From: Amoebophrya sp. A120
Taxonomy: Eukaryota; Protista; Dinoflagellata
Length of the DNA: 64,000 nt
Reading direction: 5' to 3'
Assembly (NCBI GenBank): GCA_905178155.1
Contig: CAJINV010000003.1
Coordinates: 7,921,882 to 7,985,881 of the forward strand
Below are positions 12,117 to 24,267 of this stretch, in pieces; position 1 is the stretch's first letter, and each line of letters opens with the position of its first letter. A model generated the notes under the pieces. That model made no database searches. It saw only the letters and a program-made list of their open reading frames with translations, and was not told the origin of the DNA. The translations under genes were made by a program, and so were the position numbers.

Positions 12117-15100
12117 CTAATGAGTGACGTTGGAGACCAGCTTTTCTTGCTTGGTAGCAATCATCTTTCCTTTTTGTCGTTCTCGGACCCGGCGCAGCGC
12201 ATCCGCGAGACGATCATTCTGCACCTTCATCTGCTCTTTGAGAGAAGCCACTTCTTTTGGAAGCACAGACTCTTCCCTTTCGGACGATACCAGATGAACA
12301 TCCTTTTCCTTCCCGACACTGTGCATGTATTTCCATCGCTCTTGCTGCCACTGTTCCGCTCGCGTTGGACTCATCTCTCCCTCCTGTTGACCCCCCGAAA
12401 GCTTTTCGTTGCCGGTCCAGCTGCCATCTCCTGGTCCCCGTGTCGCAGACTTTTTCTCTTCCTTCTCTTCCCGTGCCCGGTCCGCATTTTTCTCAATGAC
12501 TACGCTTCCCATGACATCGCAAACAGACGGGGTTCGCTTGTCGATCCGCGCCATGGGCTCGGGATCCTCTTGTAACCGACTGAGAAACGTGTCCGGAAGC
12601 GCAACCGAAGTGCCGTTACTGGCACCGGCACGCCAGTGCCTGCGGCTTCGGTTTGGTGCTTTCCCCCCGAAAACTTTGTGCAGCTGCGGCTCGGGCGGCG
12701 CCCCAGAGACTCTCAATTGTGAGGAAATCTTCGATGGGGAGCTGATTTCGGGCGCATCGCACGACTGCCAGCCCCACTTGTCTACTTTGAACAAGGCAGC
12801 ATTGCCTAAATTCGGCAGACCTGACGACAGAGGATAATTCAGGTCCCGGCCACCTCCTTCTTGACTGACGCTCGCGCCTGGTCGTGGCGTAGCTGTGCAT
12901 GACTCTAGTGCATCACCTCGAACCACTTCCGACGTCCTACTGAGCTTTCTATTCGCGTCAGCACTCGTCTTGCACGTCACCTCTGGCGCTTCTGCATCCA
13001 CTGCTTGATGTCGTTGACCACAACGCTGCAGCATCGGTTCCATGAGCTGGCGAAAGTCGTCTAATTTTCCCAATACCTCGTCGGTAGTGCAGTTCGTTCC
13101 GGCGAAATCTCCCTCGCCTCGCTCCTTGTCCGCCTCTTCGTCTTTGTTGGGGCTATATCCGTGCTCCGTAAGGAGGACCGGATGTGGATCCTCGCCGGTC
13201 GCGTTTGTTTGCTCCGGGTAGTAGTAATGAATCAAACTGCCACGCCCGGTGATTTCCACCCGCGGGAGCGGCTGGAGCCGGGATTTCGTGCCCGCATTTT
13301 TTGGCTGCAGTCCAGGACTGGTTGCCACCCACCCCGCTGTCTGCGGCTCGGTTGGGGCAGACTGTACCACAGGATTCCGCCGGAGCAGCATCTGGTTGAA
13401 CTGGTATGTTTCCGTAATCCTGTGCAACAGCGTCCCTGACTCTATCACATCCTCCAAATAGGAAAAAAGTTGCGTCGCTACACAGCTGCTAAAGTCTGGC
13501 GAGTTTCGCACGAAACGCCTAGGAGTGCATTTTCGTAGTTTGTAAACTATTTTTTTACGTAACTTGGTGCTGGTCGCGTTACAGCCACTTGTGTAGTTGT
13601 ACAAGAGCAGTTTACAAACCTGTAAAGTCAACAAAACGCAACATACATGCTCAGAAAGCGCACGATCACACTTGATCGCAAAATTGCAATCTGCTCGCAG
13701 GAACGTTTTTACACAGGATATCCGTCTGCAGCTCCGCTACCTTGCGGCTTAATGCCTCCACGTTCGCATCAAGTGCTGCGTTCACTGTCTCGACTTCCGC
13801 CACACTCGCATTAGCACTAGCTGCGTCGTCGCGCATGTGGAGGATTTCTTCTACGCCGTCCTGCTCCATAGTTGACCCAACAGGTCGTCCCTCGTTCTGC
13901 GCCGCAGACATTGGTGGACGGTTTTCGTGTGCGCGCAACGCAGTTTGCAATCGGAAAATCTGTTTGGAAGCACAGCTTGTTCACTTCTTTTTTACCCTTT
14001 TTCACTGTATCAAACTTTTGTAGCAACCAATGTTTGATAGAAGAACGAGGACGATAGCTTTGCAGGCTGGCTCAAAGAAAATGTTCCTCGTATGCGAAAC
14101 AAATTTGACAACTACCTCAGAGTCGCGCTCCTCCACAGCCCGGCGCATGCGCTGCATTTCGTCGGCATGCTTTTGCTTCAAAGCCGCGACGTCTGCTTGC
14201 CAGGCGTCTCGGAGCCGATTCACTGCTTTTACTTGTTCGTGCAAAGTACCCCCATCGTCCGCCGATCCGCCTTGCCAAATAGACTGCTGCAAGAGCGCGT
14301 CCGGACGAGGTTCTGCTGGTGTGGGACCTGCGTTCCCTTCAGTCGATGTCTTCCGAGAATCGGTCTCCGGAGACGGTGCGCGAGCAACGTACAACCGCGC
14401 TACCTCCTTCTGAAGTGCTTCAATCAGCATCTTTGCCAACTCTTCCTTGTTTGCTTCGGCGTACCCGACTGGGACTGGATCAGCAACGGCATAACTCTTG
14501 GACTCGCTGCTGGCCTGCAAAATTTTTTTTCTTCGATTTTCTTTTTCTGTCCGCTGTTGTTGTTCAACGAAGCGTGTATTATACAAAGCATTTTAATAAC
14601 CAGCAGGCAGACCGAGCAACCCGGCCTTTTGGAAACGCCCGACAGGTTCATCACTGGATAGTGTTTTGCCAAGGTCGTATGCAGCACGTGTACTAACCTG
14701 CTCAAGTTCGGTGATCCTGTTTTGCAGCTGCGCATTCTGGCGCGTCGCGTCCTCCAGAGCCCGACGGAGATCGTGCGCAGACTCCTGTGCTTCTGGTGGT
14801 TTCTTTACTGGCGAAAGCTGCATTTCACTACCCACACTGAGGGCAGGTATCAATGGCCCAGAGCTATCGGGTCCGCTGAAGCCTTTCGTTTTTGATTACT
14901 TTTTCGTGATAAAATGGCGTGGATTTATTTGAACAACTTCCATACAAGAGCAGTATTATATCTACTCACCAGCATCATGGAATTACAATGTAGTTGCTGG
15001 CCTTTTATTCATCAGGCAGACATCGTGATCGTGTGTGATGCGAAATTGACACTGGCAAAGAATTAGTTCCCGTCTTACCTCCGCGGACCACATCCCAGCT

Positions 15101-16027
15101 AGGGCGTTGGACGACCCCGCCGAGCCGCGCTTCTGCTTCCTTGCCGAGCGTCTTTTTGAGTGCTTCAAAATCCTTCAGGGTCTCCCGTTCCACGTCGGAC
15201 AGTGCGGTGCTTGTTTGTACCTCCGATTCGACTTTCACGGTAGTCTTTGCTTCCGCGACGCGTGATCCTCCCCGTACGGCTCGTTCTTCGGGGATCTTCT
15301 TCGGAACTTCTTCGACGCGAGCTTTGAACCCATATCCGAGCTGCAAAACCGGTTGCTGCAGCAGGGACGGAGACGTTAGCGACGCAGTGGAGAGCGACGC
15401 GCGCAGCTGCTCCTGCACCGGCTGCACGACCCGCAGCTTGTTCGCGTTGCTCGGTGCTGCACCGGCGCGGGGGCCTGAGAACTGCTCAGGGAAGAACTTT
15501 TGTGCCGAGCCGCCTGTTCCTCGCGACACCGCCGGCGGAACTGGGCTCTGCCACACAGATGCGGGAGAGGTCATGTTATCGCTCTGTCGCGGCGGACTGG
15601 AACTCTCTGGCTGCGGAGGTTCCGGCGGTTGCAGTGGCAGACCCGTTGTCGTTGAAGAACCCGGCGCAACTTCATGTTGTGCAGGTGGACTTTGCTGTGG
15701 CGTGCGCGTGCCCGACTTTGTGGTCCGATCATTACTTTCGGCAGCAGGAGGTGGGGTGGCAATTGGCACCGAAGAATTTGTCGCCGACGGAGTAGTGTGG
15801 TGGGCAACTACGTCAGAAGAGCTCGCGGCCGCCGGCACTTTATTTTCTGGGACCACGGAGAAGGCGCTAGCATCGCGCGCCAAGCTGTTCTGCTCGAAGG
15901 GAATGGTAATCCCGCCCGACACGGCTGCCCTCTTTTCGCTTTTTCGCAAAGCCTTCCGTCTCTGCCGCTCCTCCTCCTCCTGACGCAACGCTGAAACCAC
16001 CAGCCCCAACAAATCCCGGTAGTACAA
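12117..16027 (-). CDS. Large multi-exon low-complexity/coiled-coil protein of unknown function (5' end uncertain, may include 16266-16730)
   Basis: ORFs 15005-16027, 14593-14853, 14002-14586, 13666-13950 and 12117-13634 chain together. RDSE|IFRLQ is a GT-AG join; ELQT|ETYQF is joined across introner 13416-13720. Confidence 0.6.
13416..13720. mobile_element. TIR introner with family-A-like termini
   Basis: Perfect TSD TCCGT (13411-13415, 13721-13725). Left AATCCTGTGCAACAGCGTCCCTG; right reverse complement TATCCTGTGTAAAAACGTTCCTG. Removal restores the frame. Confidence 0.85.
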
Positions 16028-17150
16028 AACAGGCAGGTTTGGTCGCGTGTCCTCGTCCTCGCTACTTATTCAAACGAAACTAGAACCCCATTGTCACATA
16101 AAACCAAAGGAAGAACGACGGCACGTGGTCCCTTACGTGCCTGCAACGCAGGTAATTGCACCTTCGTCGATGCTCGCCAGTCTGCCTTATCTGCGTGTAA
16201 TCGACGAAAGTAGGCTGTTATTCGTTTGCATGCATCTCTACTTTGACGCTAGTAGATCAAATCTATCAACAATCGGTACAGCAGAAACGTCCACGGATAA
16301 TATTAAGTGCGCACTCACTGAAGGCGACCCGGGGGACTGGTGCCGATACTAGCTTACTTAACGCAGCAGAGTGCTCAGCAGGTGGTCCTGCCGATGCTGA
16401 TATCGCTGATCTGTGCCTGTAGTGCGAGCTGATCGCTTCCAGGGCCGGGCGCCCCGTTATCTGGAACTCGTCAATCGTCTTCTGCGTCAGGGTGTACAGG
16501 TCTTTTCGCGTGTACTGCCTGGTAGCACGATTCCTCCTCGGTTGCTCGCGCGAGCCAGTTTCTCCCGGGCGAGACTCGGGCAAACCCCATACCTTTTGAT
16601 GCATGTCTTCCAAAAGGCGCTCGTCGTCCTCCGCGACAAGCGCGTCGGCACGCGCTTGGCGCACAGCGACTGGAATTCGGGGAGCCATCCTGGTTGCGCT
16701 GCGAAGTGCCCACTCTTTCGGGAACCTCACCTACAAGGTCGGTGGATTGACAATAACCGGTAAACTAATACACTTTCTGTCTGGCAGCCGAACCAAACAA
16801 AATCTGAACGGAACTGCAACAGCACCGAGAGTACACAGATAATAAACAAAAAGTGAGCCGATGATGATGATGATGTTGGCAGTGTGCCATGCGGATCTTC
16901 CGCCAAAAAAAAAGTTGTTCCTCACTGGGAAGAAATAAGACGTCGAACATCTTCCGCACCTGCAACAACCAACCTTGTGGCTACACCAAAGAGAAAGATA
17001 CGGCAATTCTTGATACTGCAATTATTATCCGTACAAATTCAAGAAAGTGCACGACAGCATCGTAAGCGCGACTAATTAATCCCGAGTAGAAGTTCATTTG
17101 GTCAGCACAGAAGTCCATTCACTATGGTTTACAACCAGCACCACGGACTT

Positions 17151-20100
17151 CTAACAAAATGCGTCCACGCCTTGTGGTGCCGCTGTTCCGCGCAAGAACT
17201 TTACTTTTTCCTTGCGGACGAAGAGCTTTTGATTTCGCTCCTCGCGCAGAGCATCTCCATGTCGCTGCTTCTTGGTTCCTGCGAGTCGTTGTGCCAGGGA
17301 TGGCTTGCTTTGGTCTCCTTTCTTCCCCTTCCCTTTACCCTTGCCATTCCCTGTGCGCCGGGCGTCGTATTTTTTTCCCTTCGACGTGCGATCACCTCCT
17401 CCCGAACTTTCGCTTGTTGCAAATGCTGTGGAATCCCGACGGTAGTGCGAGGAGATCTCTCGTGGCGTTTCCGACAATCCGAAGCTGGACGCTACGTGCC
17501 CTGGGTGCAGTGCTTTGACGTTGAAAACCGGCTTCAATGCGCGCGGAAAGGTCGAGTAGGCTTTCATCCAGGACAAGAAGGCCCGCCGAGCCAGGTGACT
17601 CAGCTGGTCGGACTTGGAAACCACTTGCTGCACCATTTGGCTCTGTAGAAACTCCGCCAAGTCCCGCAGCCCCTCGAAGTGCGCCGGCGCGAACCGCCGA
17701 AGCGCAAACTTCAGGCGTTCGCACGACATCCGCTGCACGACTTTTTGACCCTGCATGGCGGTCTCGTCGCTCCCCTGTTCTTGCGGTCTCCTCGACGCAG
17801 GTTTCCAAACTTTGCCGATGGTCTCACTGCACTGGGTGTAGTTGTCCTCCTTGCTCGATGTCCCGTCTCCCGCACCACCACCTCTATTTCCTGATGCTGG
17901 ATCGATCTTTTTCTGCAGCATCTCCAAGAAGACCTCTTCGTTGGGCTGCAAAAAGAGCACGGAGTTTCCGCTCTGGCCACAACGGGCCGTGCGCCCGATG
18001 CGATGAAGGTACTCTTCCAAATGTTGTGGCGGATCATACTGGACGATATACTCGATGCGGGGGAGGTCGACCCCGCGGGCCACCACATCGCTCGCAAGTA
18101 ACACCGCCCGATCTTCTGCCGCAAAGTCCCGCAAGAATCCCGCCCGCTCCTCGGCACTCAAATTCCCGTGCAGCTTGTACAATCCGACATTTTGAAAAAC
18201 CGGTGTGGCTTTCGTTGTTTTTGACCTACTTCCAAAAAGTCCGCCTTGCTTGTTCTCTCCACTTGTTTCTGTCGCTTTCATGTTTTGCTCGGCCGCTAGA
18301 GTTTGCAGGTCCTCCCCTTCGCGCCCAATGAATCCGGTTAGCATTTTGGCATTCTTTGCGACCCCCCTAGAAGAAGTCGTGCCCGAGGCATTGGCATTGG
18401 CATTCGCATCCCCCCTCTGCCTCTTTCGAGCAGGCTTCGCGCTGCCATTTTTCTGCGCTTCCGCCTCCGCCTCGCTTACGTCCTCGTCTTCACTGTCGTC
18501 GTCGGCGTTGCGTTTCAGTCCGACGAACCCGCCTTTGAACATCTTGGTCTCCTGCGCGTCCTTCTTTTTGTGGGCCTCCGGCCACTTGAGGCCGAGAAAA
18601 AGGTCGTAGTGGAAATCCACACTGGCGCAGCTGGAAAAAAAGACGATCACCTTCCCCGCGTGCTGCAGCAGGAGTGACAGCAGGCACGCGAGCCGCGTCT
18701 TCGTCGGCGTGATCAGGGCATGCTGTGTCAGGTTCGCCGGCAGCGACCAGGACACAGTATCCTGGTCCAGCATGTGGTCAGCACCCAAATCCACCGACGT
18801 ATGTCCTCCTTTCTGTTGAAATCCCACAACCAGTCTCTTCTGCGGGTGCAGGCACCACTCCGCGAGCCGCTGCACGCCGGGAGTCAAGGTCGCAGATACA
18901 AGCATAGTCTGCGCGGCTGCACCAGCGGTTTTCTCGTTCGCGTCCTTGTCGCGGCTCGCCACCACGTTCAACATCGGAGGTGCTGTTTTCTCCTGCTCCA
19001 CAAGCTGCTTTTTCATGTCCAAGCCGACGACCGCCTTGTATATCGCCTTGATCTGCTTCTCGAAGCCCATGTCCAGTAATCGATCCGCCTCATCCAGGAC
19101 GAAGCACTGAAAGTTTTTGGACGCCTTCCAACTGTTGGTGAACTCCAAGTGGTAGTTCAGTCGCCCCGGGGTCGCGAACAGGACGTGCATCCCCTTTCGG
19201 ATGCGCGCCTTTTCCGATTTCGGGTTTTCGCCGCCCGCAAGACTGCCGCACACCAGCCACGGCAGCATCCGGGTCAGCTTCTCGCACACAGCGAGCGACT
19301 GCATGCAGAGCTCCTTGGTTGGAGACAGCACCACGGCCAACACCCCCTCCTCCCGGGTCAGGGCGGGAACCTTGTTGCCCACGCTCGCCAAGATCCGGTT
19401 CAGTGCGGGCACCAGAAAGGCTAGGGTTTTGCCGGACCCCGTCGGGGCCTTGAGGAGCATGTCGTAGCCGGGATTGCCCACGCTCTGGGGCACCGCCTCT
19501 GCCTGGATGGAAGTCATTTTGTTGAAATCGAGAAAGTTCAGCTGCTTCACGAGCCGCTGGTCCAACCCTTCGACGACGCCAAAACCGTGCTCAGCAAAAA
19601 ACTCTCGGTTCGCCGCCACCGGGACAATGGCGACGCGGTCCGCCCCCGCCGCGGCCTCACTTTGTTCCAGGACCTTCCGTTCCCGCTCTCTCTGCTGCTG
19701 CTTCTCTTCCTCCGGGTCGAGAGCCGGGCGGTCGTCCGCGGTTTTCTTCTTCACCTTCTTTACCTTCGCGCGCTTCGCCGGTTGCAGCCCGCCGGCGAGG
19801 ATCCGGTCCATCTGCTGTGCAAAAGAGAGAGATTCGAAGTTCTGGGACTCCCTGTCAGTAGACATGACCGGATCTTCTTCTGCAGCAGTACTTCTCGGCG
19901 TCGAGAGAGGTGAAGCTGCACTCATCGGGTCTTCTTCGTTTTTCGCCGCGGTGGTCGTGCTGCTGGAACTGAAATCTTTTTCGGTACTACGAGTGGCAGT
20001 TTTTGGGAAGGCGCTAGCTTTCAGCTTCTTCACCTTTTTCTTCGCAGTAGCTTTTTTTGGCGCGGAGGAGGTTATTCCTCCTTTGTTTTTAACGTCACGC

Positions 20101-20705
20101 GTGCAAAAATCCTCCGGCGCGCACTCCTCGTGTCCTGTACGACCAATGGCGTCAGCTGGCTGAGATGCCTTTACGATCTCAAGATCTTCCCCCGGTAATG
20201 CAGTGCCACCGCCTGTCACGGTCTCGCCCGTGCGCTGCGTGAAAGCTTTGTCAAAGCCCATCATCCACTTTACCATATCATCTTGCTCGCTTGCTTCCCC
20301 AGCAGTAGGGCCGGTTATTTCCGCCTTCATCCCGCTGCCGCTTTTCATCTTCCTTTCGTCTGCGTGTCCCGATCTCTTCGCTTTCTTGCGAGACAGGTTC
20401 CGCGTAGTGTGTTCAGACCGCTCGGTGTCGCTCGCCATGCTTTTGATTTTTTGTTGCGGAGCGCCGGGAGTGGGGGTAGATGCATTTTTTCCGAGGACTT
20501 TGCCAACAAATGTACCGGACGTGACAGGCTTCGGAGTAGCTCCGTGTCTAGTGGAACGAACCGCTGTGATGGACTGCTTGGGTGCGTTTGCTTTCACGGG
20601 CTTCCGTTCCTGTGGTTTCGCTGATTTCAAGCTGCTGGCCGACGGCTTCTGGCTGAACAACCGCACCGCATCCGCGTCTACTACGCCGAAGTCAAAGTCG
20701 TCCAT
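17151..20705 (-). CDS. DBP7: DEAD-box RNA helicase DBP7/DDX31, intronless
   Basis: Q motif, APTGSGKT, PTKEL, GGENPKSEKARIRKG (DBP7-type), TPGRL, DEAD, SAT, ARGVD, HRIGRTAR, and C-terminal ARRAFLSWMKAY...HPGHVASSFGL. Likely ATG at 20705 (MDDFDFG). Confidence 0.92.
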   Translation of the reverse strand: MDDFDFGVVDADAVRLFSQKPSASSLKSAKPQERKPVKANAPKQSITAVRSTRHGATPKPVTSGTFVGKVLGKNASTPTPGAPQQKIKSMASDTERSEHTTRNLSRKKAKRSGHADERKMKSGSGMKAEITGPTAGEASEQDDMVKWMMGFDKAFTQRTGETVTGGGTALPGEDLEIVKASQPADAIGRTGHEECAPEDFCTRDVKNKGGITSSAPKKATAKKKVKKLKASAFPKTATRSTEKDFSSSSTTTAAKNEEDPMSAASPLSTPRSTAAEEDPVMSTDRESQNFESLSFAQQMDRILAGGLQPAKRAKVKKVKKKTADDRPALDPEEEKQQQRERERKVLEQSEAAAGADRVAIVPVAANREFFAEHGFGVVEGLDQRLVKQLNFLDFNKMTSIQAEAVPQSVGNPGYDMLLKAPTGSGKTLAFLVPALNRILASVGNKVPALTREEGVLAVVLSPTKELCMQSLAVCEKLTRMLPWLVCGSLAGGENPKSEKARIRKGMHVLFATPGRLNYHLEFTNSWKASKNFQCFVLDEADRLLDMGFEKQIKAIYKAVVGLDMKKQLVEQEKTAPPMLNVVASRDKDANEKTAGAAAQTMLVSATLTPGVQRLAEWCLHPQKRLVVGFQQKGGHTSVDLGADHMLDQDTVSWSLPANLTQHALITPTKTRLACLLSLLLQHAGKVIVFFSSCASVDFHYDLFLGLKWPEAHKKKDAQETKMFKGGFVGLKRNADDDSEDEDVSEAEAEAQKNGSAKPARKRQRGDANANANASGTTSSRGVAKNAKMLTGFIGREGEDLQTLAAEQNMKATETSGENKQGGLFGSRSKTTKATPVFQNVGLYKLHGNLSAEERAGFLRDFAAEDRAVLLASDVVARGVDLPRIEYIVQYDPPQHLEEYLHRIGRTARCGQSGNSVLFLQPNEEVFLEMLQKKIDPASGNRGGGAGDGTSSKEDNYTQCSETIGKVWKPASRRPQEQGSDETAMQGQKVVQRMSCERLKFALRRFAPAHFEGLRDLAEFLQSQMVQQVVSKSDQLSHLARRAFLSWMKAYSTFPRALKPVFNVKALHPGHVASSFGLSETPREISSHYRRDSTAFATSESSGGGDRTSKGKKYDARRTGNGKGKGKGKKGDQSKPSLAQRLAGTKKQRHGDALREERNQKLFVRKEKVKFLRGTAAPQGVDAFC

Positions 20706-21689
20706 TGTTGAAAATCTGGAATTTCTCAACACAAAGAAACAAGTTCTCAAATCACAAATCAAATCAATTAATACGTCTCGGAGCACTAGCAGTGGGACTG
20801 ATCTTCACTCTCACACTGAAAAAAAATAAAATTGCGAAAAACAATACGGAACCATTTCTTCCATTTTTAGCCATAACCAACACAAAGATGTTGACATTGA
20901 TAACCTGATCCATCCTTCAATGAGTTTGTGTCAACATCATCCCATTCGTATTATGTGCCATGGATCCGCTCTTCGCATTTACATTTAGTGATCTGTTCGA
21001 TCTCGACGCGTGATCTCACCTCATTCATGATCGCATACAACTAGTCCCTTTCGATTTGAACATGCTGGTGCCTCGACGAGATCCAATAAAATCATTCTGA
21101 GATGGGGAACCCAATACGTTTTCAACTCCGCTACCAGAATATTTTTTTTTAGCTGACATGCATTTTGAATTTTGTATCCTGAGCTCACCCGGCAAAAATA
21201 ACAATGACATCGGAGATCTAAGGGCAGTCCAACCCTTTTACAAATGGCAAATTCAAACCTATGTACAAGAAGAGAAAAATGTGTGTAAAAAAATAAATGT
21301 ATGGAAATTCACTGACGTCCTGAAAACAGATGTGATCGATCCATATTCTGCAGATTGGTGAAACAGAAAGTGCGTGATTAAGAACAAACCATGACAACCA
21401 GAAGAGGCCAAAACACGATGTAGCTCTATATCTATTGTACCAGAAAGTTTTTTAAATCAAAAAACTGAGTATAGAAAGAACGCTGTATCATTATTTTGAA
21501 ATCTAAGTCCAGCATCAGTGAAGACGTTATCAAAAAAAGAACTTGGAGCTCCTGGAAATAACGAGAGGATGCTGCAACCGCCCGACTCCAAACAAGCAGA
21601 CCCCTGCGATGGCTCTCACCCTGGCGGCGCACCGCGCACGACCAGGACAAATAATAATATCAAACCTTCTTGTTGATTGTGTTCTACTA

Positions 21690-23909
21690 CTAGATCTGTA
21701 TCTCCTCTCGCTTTGCGTGTTTGACTGCTCCCATAAACATGGAGCCCTGTTGGAGGAAGCGCATGGCCCGTGCCTTGTGGGCCGCTCCCTTTTTTAGCTT
21801 GGCCAACCGCTTGGCGTCGATCTGCTGCTCGGCCTGGTCCTTTTCATCCTCGTCCCGCACCAATTCCGCCTCCTCCAGCATTTTGTCCGTCAACAGATCG
21901 TATCAAATGCAAAAATGTCTGGGTCTGGAAGGCTGTGAGATTTCTCATGCACATTTTGCATGATTCATGATGCCGGTGATGCATGCCCCAGCATCACAGA
22001 TTTTGTGAGCGCTTCCTGATGCCTATACCGGATGAGAAATGCCCCCTCTGCGTGGCAAAAACTGAACTCCTCTTGCTGCTCACGCAATACAGATTTTTGT
22101 AGAATCCAAAGGCCGCGTCACAAGTTGCATCCTTCCAGACGCAGACATATTTGCAATGCATAGATCGTCGCGGGCGGTGAAGCTCTTGAAAAACTGTGAC
22201 TGCTTTACCTCCTCCAGCCTTTTCTCCCCCAGCTCGCCCGCACCGATCACGTTCTCGTCGTGGCAGATCTGCCACCCGCTCCGCTTCACGAGTTTGCGCA
22301 GCTTCCGCAGCGTCTTCAGCTCTTTCCGGAGCGTCGGCGGCGTCTTCTCCCCCATGATCAGCTGCCGCTCCTTCATCACCCTCTGACCGGTGGGGGAAAA
22401 AAATAGGTGGTCGTGGAACAATTCGTCGGACGTTTTCAAACGCGTTAACCGGTAGGTGAGGCGGGCCTCCTCCCGTGCGCCGTGCATCCAGTCCGCCATA
22501 ATCTCGGGGCTGCGAAACACGCGCTCCGAGATCCGGCTCTTTTTGTTCTGCGCGTTCAGAAAGTCCGTGAACGGATCCTTCTGGAACAGGTGGCCCCGCT
22601 TGTGTTTATTCGCCCGGTGCTGCGAGGAAGAGCCGTGGTCCCCGCCGCCGCTCCCCGCGGTGGTCGGGTGGCTGGTACTCGCCGTGTCCAAGTGCACCCT
22701 TTGGTGGTCCGCCTGCTCGGCCAGCGCGGCGGCGTGCTGCGTGTGGTGTATGCCGGCGCTGACCGCCATCAGGGCTCCCGGAATCAGCTTGTGGCTGGGG
22801 ATCACGCTGTCCACGGGCTTCTTCGCCGAGGTCGTCGGGGTACCCAATTTATTCAGGAGAAACGGTGGCAGGCTGCGCGTACGCGGGGTGCTCGCGTAGT
22901 GCCCACTCGTGGTTTTGCTCATCGGCAGCTGTCGGCGGCTGCGCTCGATTTTCAACTGCGCCAGCTGCTCCAACTCCTGCTCGTACATTACCTGTGTGCT
23001 GCTCATCTTCTGCTCCAGCCACTGCACGTGCGCCTTTTTTTTCAAAATCTGAGTCTGTATCTGCTTCTGCTGCTCCTTTCGCTGTTTCTCCGCCACCTCA
23101 CCATCGTCTTCTGCGCCGTCAACCGAGGCTTTATTATTTCCGGGCTCATGATGTTGATCAGGCTCCATCTTCAAACTCATCAGGAGTGCCGCGCCCGTCG
23201 CCGGCGTCCCCGATGGCAGCCACGGCTTCCGCAGAAACTGCGGCTTGTTCTCCGACTCGTCCTTCCCGGTCGTGGGCGACGCGGACCGAGAGCGCGCGTG
23301 CTCCGCGACCGGCGAGACCGCCGGGCGCATCGGCTTGCTGCTTCGAGTGGTGGACCCCTTGGCAAAAGAGCTGGAGGTGGTGGTATTCTGCCCGCCCGCG
23401 CCAGCGTCCGTATCGACCTCGTGCGCCGCGCCGTCCAGCTCCTCAATGACGGACCGATTCAGAGTGGATACCAGAGACCGGTCGATGGACGCCGCCTCGC
23501 AGAGATCCACCACCTCGCTGCTTTCCGCGTCTCTTTCTTCATCCTCTGCTTCTTGTTCAACCGCCCCAGCCGCCGTCGCGCGGCGACGAGAAGATGTCGA
23601 AGCGCTCGGCGCGAGGACCGGATCTACTTCTGCGTCGTCTCCTTCAGCAGGTTGTTCGTCTTCGTCCTCAAAGGCCTCCTCCGAATATTTTTCTTCTTCC
23701 GCGGAGATGTGGGTGTCATTCTTTTGTTTTGATGAAAACGTCGCCGCTTCTTGTTCCATTGCCTCCGAATTCTCCTCGCCGCTCTCCTGCAGACCGAACA
23801 AATCGGCCTCGGGACCACCCCGGTTGCTGTTTTGGGCGTTGGCGCTGGCCGCACCAGGGTCGCCCGCATGCCAACTCGAGGCGGAATCGCCGCCCGCGGC
23901 CGCGGCCAC
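21690..23909 (-). CDS. Acidic N-terminus / coiled-coil protein of unknown function (start uncertain)
   Basis: The 609-aa ORF joins at FTARDD|LLTDKMLEEAE to ORF 21690-21893 after removal of introner 21901-22162. Confidence 0.75.
21901..22162. mobile_element. TIR introner, family B (262 bp)
   Basis: Perfect TSD GATCG. TIR of about 30 bp, TATCAAATGCAAAAATGTCTGGGTCTGGAA. Same length as, and homologous to, 38652-38913. Confidence 0.92.
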
Positions 23910-24267
23910 GGTAAACGAAGACTGGTCCTTCTCGAGAACCTACTATTACATTGAAAAGCGCCCCATCGTCCCCGGAAAGTGGAAATGTTTCTGATGCAAA
24001 GTTTCCAAAGCCAAACAGTAACAGAAACTGCTCTTTGCCTTGCACGAAAGGACTCCCACGAGTCTTTCTGGTGCAGAATCTAGGCAAGTGATGCGTCTTA
24101 TACATCACAGGCCGGGCTGTTGCTGGGCTCTTTCGCAATACAAATTTTTGCGATCATTCACCGTCGACTGTTTGCGATGCTGATACATGCAAAATGCGGA
24201 ATATTTGCATTGAGAAGACTTGCAATCCAAATGCTTCCAAGTTCTGGGGTAGCTGTAGGAGCACTTT